In this document: in pieces, positions 50,454-60,995 of the stretch
How positions within the stretch are numbered: the first letter of the stretch is position 1
How the letters are laid out: each line of letters begins with the position of its first letter
From: Octopus bimaculoides
Taxonomy: Eukaryota
NCBI RefSeq assembly: GCF_001194135.2
Contig: NC_068993.1
Span: 41,719,257 to 41,783,256 of the forward strand
Direction: 5' to 3'
DNA length: 64,000 bases
The notes under the pieces: generated by a model
Database searches by the model: none
Told to the model about the DNA's origin: nothing
The model's input: only the letters and a program-made list of their open reading frames with translations
Translations under genes and position numbers: made by a program

Positions 50454-51239
50454 GCACACATGTGTGTGTGTTTGTGTTTATGAGTGTAAGAGCACAGCTG
50501 TCCCAAGATGTCAGAAACATTTGAATACGGTACACTGTAACCTAAAAAAAGCTATTCTTAAAAAGGCCAAACCTTAGAAACACATTCAATAAAATTTTTA
50601 AAATATATCTGGAAAATATACTATTCCAATGGGGCAATAAATATTGGAAGAATAGTTGAAGGAATCCTACAATAAAAGCGAAACATAACAGATTATACAT
50701 GTTACGCTGGTACAAAAGTCATTAAAATATAATATTGGTTTCAACTTTTGAAAGAAGACGAGCAATTTCGAGGGATTACATCGGTCCTTTTAGCCGAATG
50801 GCAAAGTGAAAGAGATGTAAATAAAGCAATGCTGGCTGACAGACGATGGGAAGGATAAACATTTAAAACATCAAAAAATAGGACATAATTCATGAAAAAA
50901 ACATTGTTACAAACTGTTATGAGTAATTGTTTTGAGAAAGATATAGTAAATAATTTGAAAAACAAAAACAGATACCTGTGTTGTAAGTCAATGCCTCGGT
51001 TCGAACACGGACTGTATGCATTTCAATAAAGACATTTTTCATAAATAAAAGCTAAATCTTTCAAAGTGAGTGATGGAGCTTGAAACAACAAAATAAACTA
51101 ACCATGTCGTTCAACAACTACACATCAATCAGAAAGACGCACGCACGTACGGAGACACACACACAAAAAAACATACACACACGCACATACGCACATACAC
51201 ACACCTACGCGCGCGCACACACTCATACATGATAGGTTT

Positions 51240-51365
51240 CGACACAGTTTCTGTTTCCCAAATTCGCTCACAAATGCTAAGACACTTCCCCAAAGTGGTG
51301 CCTTGTGAAACTGAACCTGAAACTACGTTTGTTGCTAAGCTAGCTTCTTAAAAGCACGGCCGTTC
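51240..51365 (-). mobile_element. SINE family B head, degraded
   Basis: CAGTTTCTGTTTCCCAAATTCGCTCACAA...AAGACACTT...CTGAACCTGAAACTACG. Confidence 0.6.
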
Positions 51366-52164
51366 CTGCATCAATTATCTACTTTGTTGAAGAATATTGA
51401 TAATTCACCAAGCTAAAGTAATTCATTAAAAAAAGAATATCGCTTAACTAATTGTATTAACACCAATTTATCACTGGTATTGTAAAACTCAGATTCAATT
51501 TAGTTCGTTCAAAATATGTTGAATGTTTTCGAATTATATGACGAAGACTTATTGTTAGAGCTCTTGCCGGAACATCGTTTACATGTTATATGAAGAATTT
51601 AAAATTCAATCGGAAGAAAATTTCTATCTGATAAACTTCATTTCCAAACAACCTGGAAACAAGAACCTTAGCAGGATGGGTCAGACTTTAATTACTTGCA
51701 AATCAGCAAGATTGTAAAGACGCCAATAATTGCATCACGGTGATAAATTACTGAAATGGATTTCCAAAACGTGTAAAGATTCTTAAATCACTAACTAGAA
51801 CTAGAATTGTTTCTGTAGTATTAAGGAAATTGCGAGGCAACTAAATTAGCTGTATATTCACTCATCTTGTATCGAAATATGTAAAATTATATCAACAATT
51901 ATCTGAATAAATCTTCCCAATAATATCAGAAGATATCACAGAAATGAATTTGTATGTTCCTCATTAGTGGCATGAACAATATGTGCTATTGTTGAAGAAG
52001 CCAAAGGGCAAATGTAGCAAAATTCTACAAGCTGGGCTTAAGATGTATAACGTGGACAACTTAAAAACATTACGGAATTGAAAATTAAAAAAAAAAAAAG
52101 GAAAAATGTACCAATCTGTTGTAAACCGTTATAAGAAAATATTCTGAAACATTTACGCTTTATT

Positions 52165-52256
52165 TTTTAAGTCTGGTATTTATTCTTTCGATCTCTTTTG
52201 CCGAAACGGTAAGTTATGGGATGTAAACAAACCAGCAACAATTGCCAAGCGGTGAT

Positions 52257-52309
<53 letters not shown>

Positions 52310-52480
52310 ATACACATACACACACGCACACACGGGGTTCTTTCAGCTTCCGTCTATCAAATCCACTCACAAGGTTTTGCTCCGCTCCAGACTATAGTAG
52401 AAAGCACTTGCTCAAGGTGTCACGCAATGGGATTGGACCTGAACCATATGGTTGGGAAGCGAGCTTCTTACCACACAGGC
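52165..52480 (-). mobile_element. SINE family B
   Basis: CTCTTTTGCCGAAACGGTAAGTTATGGGATGTAAAC body, (CA)n, TTCTTTCAGCTTCCGTCTATCAAATCCACTCACAAGG...CTTCTTACCACACAG head. Confidence 0.85.
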
Positions 52481-52879
52481 ATATATATATATATATATAT
52501 ATAGTAAATCCCAAAAACGAAGAACAAACACAAAAAATAAGGGCTTTTTAAAGAAAAGCAAAGATAAATATATACAATTAGATGATTTGAGGTGGAATTA
52601 TGAAGTATAAAATCATTATTATGAACCTTTATAATGATTCAAAGTCATACCGGTATCGTCAGAAGCTGATCACTGACGTTGAATGAACACCGATTTCCAA
52701 ACGGTGTTGGGTCTAATACTACCTGAGTGAAAATATTACATGCAAGGGAGGTAATAATAGTGTGGGATATTGGTGTACAAGTTCACCACATGGAGTGATA
52801 CTAACAGGGTTCCTTCATTTATTGTTTTCGGGAAGTCTAAATCATTCCCGATTAAGCTTTTCACATATTTAAAAAAATA

Positions 52880-54450
52880 ATCGTATAGAAGCAATCCCCT
52901 TCTGGCTAGAAAAATACCCAGAAGAGATCCCAGAATGCATCAAGCACAACTTCATAATTGCGGCACTGAAATTTATTCTACAGAACAACTATTTCATGTT
53001 CGATATAGTTTACTATCGACAAAATGTGGAATTGCAATGGGAACTTGAGCTGCCCCAGTGATTGCGAACCTTGTAATGGGTTATCTAGAACTTAAAATAT
53101 GCCAATCGCTCACTACAAAAATATGATTCTTCATTTCATTGCTATCTAAAAGAGAATTGGATGACGTACTTAAATGATTGCTTTATACTTTGGAACGATA
53201 GCATGAACAAACTCCTTGATTTCAAAGTAATGCTCAACAATATCAATAATAATAAACAATTCACCATGGAACACAGCAATAAAGAACTTCCTTTTCTTGA
53301 AATCTTAATTAAAATAGTCAATAACCACACCGAAACGGACATCTATAAATCCACAGATTCAAAAAAATACCTATTATTCAACTCATGCCACCCCAAACAC
53401 ATAAAAATTGATATACCTTATAATCTAGCGAAAAGAATCTGTACCATAGTTTCGGATATAAATACTCGTGAACGTAGATTCCTGGAACTTAAATCAACAC
53501 TAATCAGGAGACATTTTCCAACATCATTAATAAATGATGAGATTAAACGAGCAAAGGAAATAGACATACAAACATTAAGGGAAGTTAACCGAAATACTAC
53601 ACCAGATTCAAAAATATTCCCAATACATCTCCACTCATAACCCTAGAAACATTGAGGCCTTCAACATCATCATCCAAAATCTACTCATGCTCACTGGAGA
53701 TAAAACAATGAACAAGATCTTAGGCTCACACAGAATTATCAAGGGCAAAATGCAGCCGAAATCATTGAAAAAAATATTAACCAGCGCAAGATTATATCCA
53801 TTAACAGAACCAAAAGCGAAAAAATGTGGGCGGCCTAACTGTGGCACATGCCCCTCTCTTTTGGAGGGTACAAAGTTTCGCTTCAAACAAGGTAAATTAT
53901 TTAAGATAAAATCAATTTTTACCTGTGCCTCTGTAAGCTTAATCTATGCTATTCCATGCTTAGGGTGCGGAAATCACTATATAGGCCAAACAGGAATGTC
54001 ACTCCGACGAAGAACAACTCATCAGAAAGAACTAATCCACTGCCCACGATATAGACAGATACAGGTCAGTGAACATATAGAAAGATGTGCTAGGGACCTT
54101 AAACCAAACTTCGTAATTTTCCCTTTTTATCAATGTTCACAGAACACCTCAGTACAGCAAAGATTAAATAAAGAGGCAACTTTCATTAATAAATATCATC
54201 CACAACTCAACATGAACACACAACTTAATACAGATATACTTCCGATCTTCAAAAATAAAGAAAAAAAAACAGGTAGTTATATAACAGACACGTTACTTCC
54301 TCTATCTCAGGAAGAGACTGAAAAAAATTGCCTCTTCTTAAAGGAAGTCAAATCTTTCAAACTTAGTGATGACATCATGAAAAACCTACCCAGTACCGCT
54401 CAAAAAGTACATACCAAATTCATTTATCGACATGAGCGAAATTAGAGAAT
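52880..54450 (+). mobile_element. Penelope-like element: RT plus GIY-YIG endonuclease, frameshifted pseudogene
   Basis: EAIPFWLEKYP, LQNNYFMF...YRQ..GIAMG, TYLNDCFILW (YxDD decayed; 53164-53190), LPFLEI, YLLFNSCHPKH, Cys linker CGRPNCGTC, GIY-YIG LIYAIPC..C..HYIGQTG (53939-53995), RLNKEATFINKYHPQLN. Confidence 0.93.
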
Positions 54451-54529
54451 AATCAAAAGTTGTTGATTGCTAGTCAATCAAGCTTTGATTAAGCTAACTA
54501 AACACAGGTTTTAAAAAGGGAACGAATGA

Positions 54530-54655
54530 CAGATAGATAGATAGAGAGAGAGAGAGAGAAGGAGGAGGAGGAGGAAGAGAGAAAGAATGAGGAAGAGAGA
54601 GAGAGAAGGAGGAGGAGGAGGAAGAGAGAAAGAAGGAGGAAGAGAGAGAGAGAGT
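54530..54655. repeat. Purine-rich (GA/GGA) tract with an internal duplicated unit of about 45 bp
   Basis: Seen directly. Confidence 0.8.
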
Positions 54656-55494
54656 CAAGAACAGTTAAAGACAGAGAACGAAAATTTACTGACAAATAAG
54701 GACAGAGGGCAGTTTTGTTTCATACAATCAGTTGCTCTGGACGGCTAGAAGCGCCAAATATTAATAGTCTGCTACATGAAGTGACATCACTCCTACTACC
54801 GAAAAAAGCTACAATCTAACCACCGACATTCGTATTCAATCACTCATCCCTCTCGCTCTCCCAGTCTATCTTTCTCTCTCTCTCTCCCTCTCATTATCAC
54901 TCTCGCTCTCTCTCTCCTATCTCTCTTTCTTCGTCATTTTCACACAACCACACATAACTAATAGAAAATAACTAATACAAGTACAACATTCTCTATAACT
55001 CTGTGACCCATGATCTCTCGTGCTCACATAATTACAGAAACAGGCCATAACATTAATCCTATTGTTTAACTTGTAAACCGTTAAAAGAACGGAATGTTTT
55101 TCAAAGAATGTTTTACATGAAATATGACTTCAAATATATCAGGAGTGTGGGGTAGCAATTGCGTAACAACCTAAAGTTTTATAGAATTTAAATAAAATAA
55201 AAAGGAAGACCTTATAAGAAACAACGCGATTGTTTTCGGATATTATTTACAAAAAAGTAAAGGCGTTACTTCGCTTCCTTTCACAAAGATTTCCTAAACT
55301 ATTTTACACCAAGATTTATTAAATGTGTGTCTACTTATTGTATGTCGTTTAACCAAAGTGATAAGCGATAAACTCAGCAATGATGAATAGAGCAGTTGTG
55401 CGTAAGTAAAAGGACACAGCTTTATCAGTTTAAAACCACGCCTTAGCGGTCGCATTTGCACAGATGGCACATATTCTTTATTACATCTCACAGA

Positions 55495-55670
55495 AAGCCC
55501 ACAGCAGGCCACGGATTGGTAGAGTCATTAGAGCATCAGTCGAGATGTCTTGCAATCATTTAAATTCTTTTATTTTTTCCTACCTTTCAAGTTCAAATCT
55601 CATCCAGCTCAAATTTGCCTTCGAACATTCCTGAGTCGATAACTTTAATTATTACATCGGTTATCGAATT
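55495..55670 (+). mobile_element. SINE family A, highly degraded
   Basis: AAGTTCAAATCTC...AAATTTGCCTTCGAACATTCCTGAGTCGATAA. Confidence 0.5.
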
Positions 55671-55691
55671 CTGATTGATGAAGACTTCAAC

Positions 55692-56021
55692 CAGGGGTGC
55701 TCGGCCATTTTTTATCTATAGACCCTTTGATTACTATTTTATTCGGATGGACCACCATAGCCATTCCAAGTTTAGTTTTATAAAAGCTTCTTCCGAAAGT
55801 CCTATTTTCTTTTTCACACATTAACTTGTGTAGGTTGAACTATGTAAAATGCTAGAGAAAGAAACCTAGCTATTTCTTGAATGCATACCAATACATACAT
55901 CTAAAGTAAATATTTTTCAGAGGCCTATTGTGGACCCTCAATTTACCATTTTGCTGTATGGACTCCCAAAAGTCTTATATGGACCTTCGGGGGCCATAAG
56001 GACCCCAGTTAAGAACCATTG
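55692..56021. mobile_element. hAT-like non-autonomous element (330 bp), degraded
   Basis: Ends CAGGGGTGCTC... and ...GGACCCCAGTTAAGAACCATTG are of the hAT CAG(G/T)GGTT type. Repeated GGACCC/GGACC subterminal motifs. Flanks ACTTCAAC / GTTCAAAC only partly match as an 8-bp TSD. Confidence 0.5.
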
Positions 56022-56383
56022 GTTCAAACAGACCACCATCCGGGATAGTGGTTTGTTAAATTTTCATAGCATCGGAAGATATACCTTGTGGCATTTATAC
56101 CATATCTTTGCATTCTCAGTTCAAATCCCGACTTGAACTCCACGGGTTGGCGTGGAGTTAGAATAAATCTATCACAGTGCTTAACACCACTGTTTGGTTA
56201 ATGGATATCAATCTTCCTTTTTTTTCACCAGTTTCTACCGGTACTGAAAAGTTTCATGAACATTACCCCTCATTCTTATACAGTAATAAGAAAACAATAA
56301 AAAATCTGAATATTATTCACGAAAATTACGGGCCGTTGAGAGTAATATAGATTTCATTTTTTTTTTCTTTTTGCACAAAGCAA

Positions 56384-56563
56384 GCAAATTCGGGCAGCGT
56401 GTAAGTCTATTACATCGATCTCGGGGCTCAACTGGTACTTATTTTATCGTTTCCCTAAGGATGAAAGACAAAGTGGATCATAGCGCGTGTTAAACTCAGA
56501 AGGTAAAGGTGGACGAAATGCCGCTAAACATTTTGCCCAGCGTACTAACGATTCTAGCAGCTT
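56384..56563 (-). mobile_element. SINE family A
   Basis: ATTACATCGATCTCGGGGCTCAACTGGTACTTATTTTATCG...GGACGAAATGCCGCTAAACATTTTGCCCAGCGTACTAACGATTC. Confidence 0.85.
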
Positions 56564-56885
56564 AAAGCTTTTGTAAAGAGTAATAGAGGTAGCAAAATAC
56601 AGGCACGTCCATCAGTTACAGATGGTAGATCTTATATACCATCATAATTAACGTCATTACTTGGTTGTTAGTGGTTTTAGTGAAAACTGCTCTCTACTGC
56701 GAACATTTCGACCAGGCCTCCAATTTTGGGATATCGATATTTTGGGATTCGCTTTAACCAATACAGCATATCAGGAGTATATACTACCTTTTCCGTCTCG
56801 CCTTCTATTATCTGAATCGTCAGCACTGACTTTCCTATATTTACAGGCACACACACCCACACACAAACACACACACACACACACG

Positions 56886-56935
<50 letters not shown>

Positions 56936-57023
56936 TAGTTCACGTTTATAGAAAAGAAAAGACGGAGACAGGTGTAGGAACAACAAGCAAGTGTATTAGT
57001 TTCACGGTCGGGAAAAATAGATG

Positions 57024-57061
57024 TCTTTTACGTTTTGAGCCTATGCTCTTCGACAGAAAGA
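57024..57061 (-). ncRNA. Minimal hammerhead-like motif, variant or decayed (PLE-type)
   Basis: The minus strand reads TCTTT-CTGTCGA-A-GAGC-ATAG-GCTC-AAAA-CGT-A-AAAGA: perfect 5-bp stem I, 4-bp stem II and ACGT palindromic stem III. The core deviates at A6 (T) and G12 (A). Confidence 0.45.
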
Positions 57062-57269
57062 ATTAAGAGGAAAATATGAAAGAATGAAAAAAATGAAGAG
57101 AGACGCACATATATAGACGTATATACATATGTAGATGCGTGTGTTGGAGTGGGTGGCCATGCATGTATGCATGTCTGTATGTGTAGTTTTTTTTTCCGTG
57201 CACTTTACCGTGATTTTCTGGACAGATTATCAGGGAGATTTCCCTGGATCTGAGGTCATTCGATGTTTC

Positions 57270-57720
57270 GGGTCTTTCAACAGGTTCAGCCAGATGATAC
57301 AGTGAAGCTGAGATAGCATCTATTTAACACAAAGCCAAGAAGCTTAGACTGCTTCCATTTAACACGAGCCCAGGAAGCTTAGACTGCATCCATTTAACAC
57401 AAGCCCAGTAAGTGCTACTCATTCCAGAGCTTATATCTCCCGATCCACAACTGTCTTGGTGTAAGACAGCATCTACAATCGCTATGGCATTGCTTAATAC
57501 GAATTCAACTACAGGCCCCTATGATACTCGTCATGTTGTAAGGCTTTGCAGAGGGACTGGCCTTCTAGTCTTCTGCATCCTTTCCTTAATGGAATGACTT
57601 GTTGTTTGTGAGTCATTGTTACTGCTTAACTCCCTACGATCAGCATGTTTCATTCTCTTCTCATTTGCTACCTTATCGCGCTCCTCTCAGGGGATGGAAA
57701 GTTGTAACAAAATCAACTCT
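57270..57720 (-). mobile_element. Possible LINE (RTE-like) 5' region relic
   Basis: Higher-GC segment that resembles recalled cephalopod RTE 5' sequence (GGATGCAGAAGACTAGAAGG..CCCTCTGCAAAGCCTTAC; CTGGGCTCGTGTTAAATGGA). From memory only. Confidence 0.3.
57316..57412. repeat. 35-bp minisatellite, about 2.8 copies
   Basis: Consensus GCATCCATTTAACACAAGCCCAGGAAGCTTAGACT at 57316, 57351 and 57386. Confidence 0.9.
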
Positions 57721-57997
57721 TTACATGCTTCCGAGATTAGCATCATATCTTGCAATAACGACTTACGTAAGCACTCGCAGAAATTAATGCCATACATACA
57801 CACACACACATACATAGATACATGCAAGTATATGCAAAAGACATACATAAAACAAAGCATAAAAATCTGCACGCATACATACATACATACAAAAATGCCC
57901 TGTTGTTGATGTTGAAATTCCAATGAAGCAGCCTTGAATCTAGGTTAGGAACCGGCTCTTTCTCTATTGGCAAGAAATCTTGAAATAAAATTTAATA

Positions 57998-58135
57998 ATG
58001 ACATGCATACATACATACATACATATATACATACATACATACATACATACATACATACATACTTACATACATACATACATACATAGATACATACATACAT
58101 ACATACATACATACGTACATACATATATGGGTACA
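57998..58135. repeat. (CATA)n tetranucleotide microsatellite (similar tracts at 5520-5565, 7960-7990, 21780-21842, 28620-28675, 33855-33897, 63788-63870)
   Basis: Seen directly. Confidence 0.95.
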
Positions 58136-58784
58136 TTGTACATATATATGTATGCACAGTATGTACACAGAGACAGACGCATATATATATAGATATGTGT
58201 GTATAAAAAGGATTGAATTAGTAGTCAAGTTCATTGTACGTAACATTGCAATGTCTTATGGCTGTCTGGTGTACTTTTCTGTCAAGTGTACATACGACTG
58301 TCGTACCAGCGGTAGTATTCGACTACACTAACACTTTTATTTACAGATTTGATTATCGCATTATTCATAGTGTTTGTTGCTTTTGAAATGGAGCTGTGTA
58401 GCCCCTGTCATCTTTACGGAGTATTCTGTCTGACCTCCTTATGGGACGAACTGTATTCGATGAATTGATTAATGAATTTTATTGATCAGCGTTCGAGTCA
58501 TGCGTATTTTCTATACAAGCCGTGTTTACGCTAGAGACTAACCATTGCGTTTTACCAAGATCACTTAACTCGTCCTATTATAATATATGCCGTTGTGTGT
58601 GTATGTGCACATAGTATTATAGATGTATTTGTGTCTGTCTATTCATTGGAATTATTTATTGGATATTTAGATGTCTTACATAAGCACTTGGAGAAATTAA
58701 TGCCATAAATAAATTTAAAAAACATCGAATTCGATAATAATAATAATAATGATAATAATAAATGTAAAATGACATTCTTATCAG

Positions 58785-59159
58785 ATAAATCTGATGAATC
58801 ATTGGATATTTGTGGAAAACAGTGGTAAATTGAAAAGCGATTTTAACAGATTTATGAACAAAATGTCTAAACAACAATATATCAACACCGACGAATATCG
58901 AACTGTACGTCAAATACTGGCAAACATTATGGGAAATAAGAAAAAAAGTTTGGCTTTCGGTTTCATTTGCGGGTTATGGTCAGTTCAGTTGACAGACATT
59001 CCAAATGTCACGACGGAGGACATGAAAAACGCCGTCATTATCTCCCTTTCAGTCGGTTTAATGACAATGAAAGATAGCCCTAACCGAGAGAAAATGTGCT
59101 ATTTACTCTGTTTATCTTCCTTCAGTGATATAAATATTGATTGCTACCAAACGTTTTAA
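58785..59159 (+). CDS. Candidate terminal coding exon, unknown protein (124 aa plus stop)
   Basis: Longest open frame outside repeats and gaps. Preceded by CATTCTTATCAG| acceptor (phase 0) and followed by AATAAA at about 59255. Helical, non-repetitive translation ending MCYLLCLSSFSDINIDCYQTF*. No family recognised, and the length alone is not significant at this AT content. Confidence 0.35.
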   Translation: MNLMNHWIFVENSGKLKSDFNRFMNKMSKQQYINTDEYRTVRQILANIMGNKKKSLAFGFICGLWSVQLTDIPNVTTEDMKNAVIISLSVGLMTMKDSPNREKMCYLLCLSSFSDINIDCYQTF

Positions 59160-60602
59160 TATTTACTAGTAATCACATTTACTGTAACTATTAAATTTCC
59201 ATGGAGGAATTAAATGACATGTTCTCGTTAAGATAGCAGTGAAAGCATTACAAGAATAAATACATAAAATGCATAAATACTGACAGTAATCGTTGTAAAA
59301 CACACCGTCGCCTACACCTTCGACAGCCTTTCTTCAATACACACATCCCCAAACTCCTCACAGCCCAATCTTCCCTTCTCTGTTCCTCAAGTAATGTTCA
59401 TTATTTATTTCCGTCCAGTTTTCAAAAGATGAATCTTGTTTATAAATGCATTTATAAAGTCAATAATAACATTATTCTATAGAATAAATTTCTTTAAACT
59501 GCTTATATTGTCCTCTCCTTTTAGCTACACTTTCTGAAATCTTCGTTGAAAAATCACTTCTTAATGGAATAAAAGAAATATGAAATCTTTAAAAACAAAG
59601 CATTCTTTTAAATGTAATTGCTAAACAAAAATCTCTCGTAGAAATGTTGATTGTTGCGCTTTCAGCTTTCTATCTTCCTCCCTTTCTTTTTTCTTTCGGT
59701 AGTATTTGTTTTTAGCCTTTTCCCATTTACAGTCACTGCATGCACATTATATTTTTATGAAATACCTACCGTCATGGCTAAGCTGAATGCTTTCTGAAGA
59801 TAAATAAAATACGTTATTAGTTTTAACTATCCTTGCAGTAAATCGATTCTTTTGTCGTAGTCCTCACATATAGACAGTCTTCAAATAGACATATGCTTTA
59901 TATTCATGTATTCATGTTTGTCCATTTAGTTAAACTTATCAAATAAAAGATGAATTAATGCATTTCAAACGTGTATGAATTATTTATAGTTCAAATCAAC
60001 ATAGCCTGACATCCGGATCAAATACGATCGGTGTTTGATGTAAAATTTAGCTACTCTGTGGATATTCGGTTGACATTTACAGAAATCAATAGCCAAGAGC
60101 CAATACATTGAGTTTTAGAATAAAGAACACCAAATTTAAATTTAAATAGTCGGTGCTAAATAATTGTAGCATGAGAAAACGTGCAGTGGAAAACGCTCGA
60201 CCATCGATAATCTGTAACATTATCAGATTTGAAATCTAGTATTAATAACAAACATTCGAGAAAACATGACGTAGGAACAATACTTTGCCTTTCGGTTAAT
60301 TCTCATGCTAATTCAATCTCACCTTTTTGATGAATGTTGATGTCAAAAAATATTATGTGTAAACAACGACATTATAAATATTGTTTATAATTTTGTAACG
60401 ATTAGAATGTCTTTCAGAACATTATCCACCACCGCACATATAATAATAATTATGCATATTATTCTTTGGATAATCACAGATAACAACACCAATTTTCTGT
60501 ATAGGGAAATACATGTTAACATGATTTTAACTGACTAAAAGGAAGACGAAAGCAGACAACTGTGGATGATTTCTCTTTAGAATTAATAGCATACGATTTA
60601 AT

Positions 60603-60995
60603 AAGCACAGACATGGCTTTGTGGTTAGGAAGCTCGCTTTGCAGCCAAGTCAATACGGGTTCATTTGCAATGCACAGCACATTGGGCAAGTGTTTTCTAC
60701 TATATCCCCAAGTGGGACAATGTTTTGTAGCTTTGTGAGTGAATATGGGAGACAGAAACTGTGTGGAAGACCATCGTATACACATAAATATACGTGAGTT
60801 TTAGTGTCTGTGTTTGATCCACTGCCTCCGCTTGACGACTAGTGCTGGTGTTTTTACGTCCCTGTAACTTAGCAGTTCGGCAGAACGCACCGGTAGTATT
60901 CTTACCAAATATTTAAAACAAACTTGATTTAAAATCTTTCAAGTCGGCGCCCCATCGTGGCTGCAACCCAATGATTGAAACAAGTAAAAGATTGA
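60603..60995 (+). mobile_element. SINE family B, degraded full length
   Basis: CATGGCTTTGTGGTTAGGAAGCTCGC head, TTGGGCAAGTGTTTTCTACTATA, GCTTGACGACTAGTGCTGGTGTTTTTACGTCCCTGTAACTTAGC body, ATGATTGAAACAAGTAAAAG tail. Confidence 0.82.
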
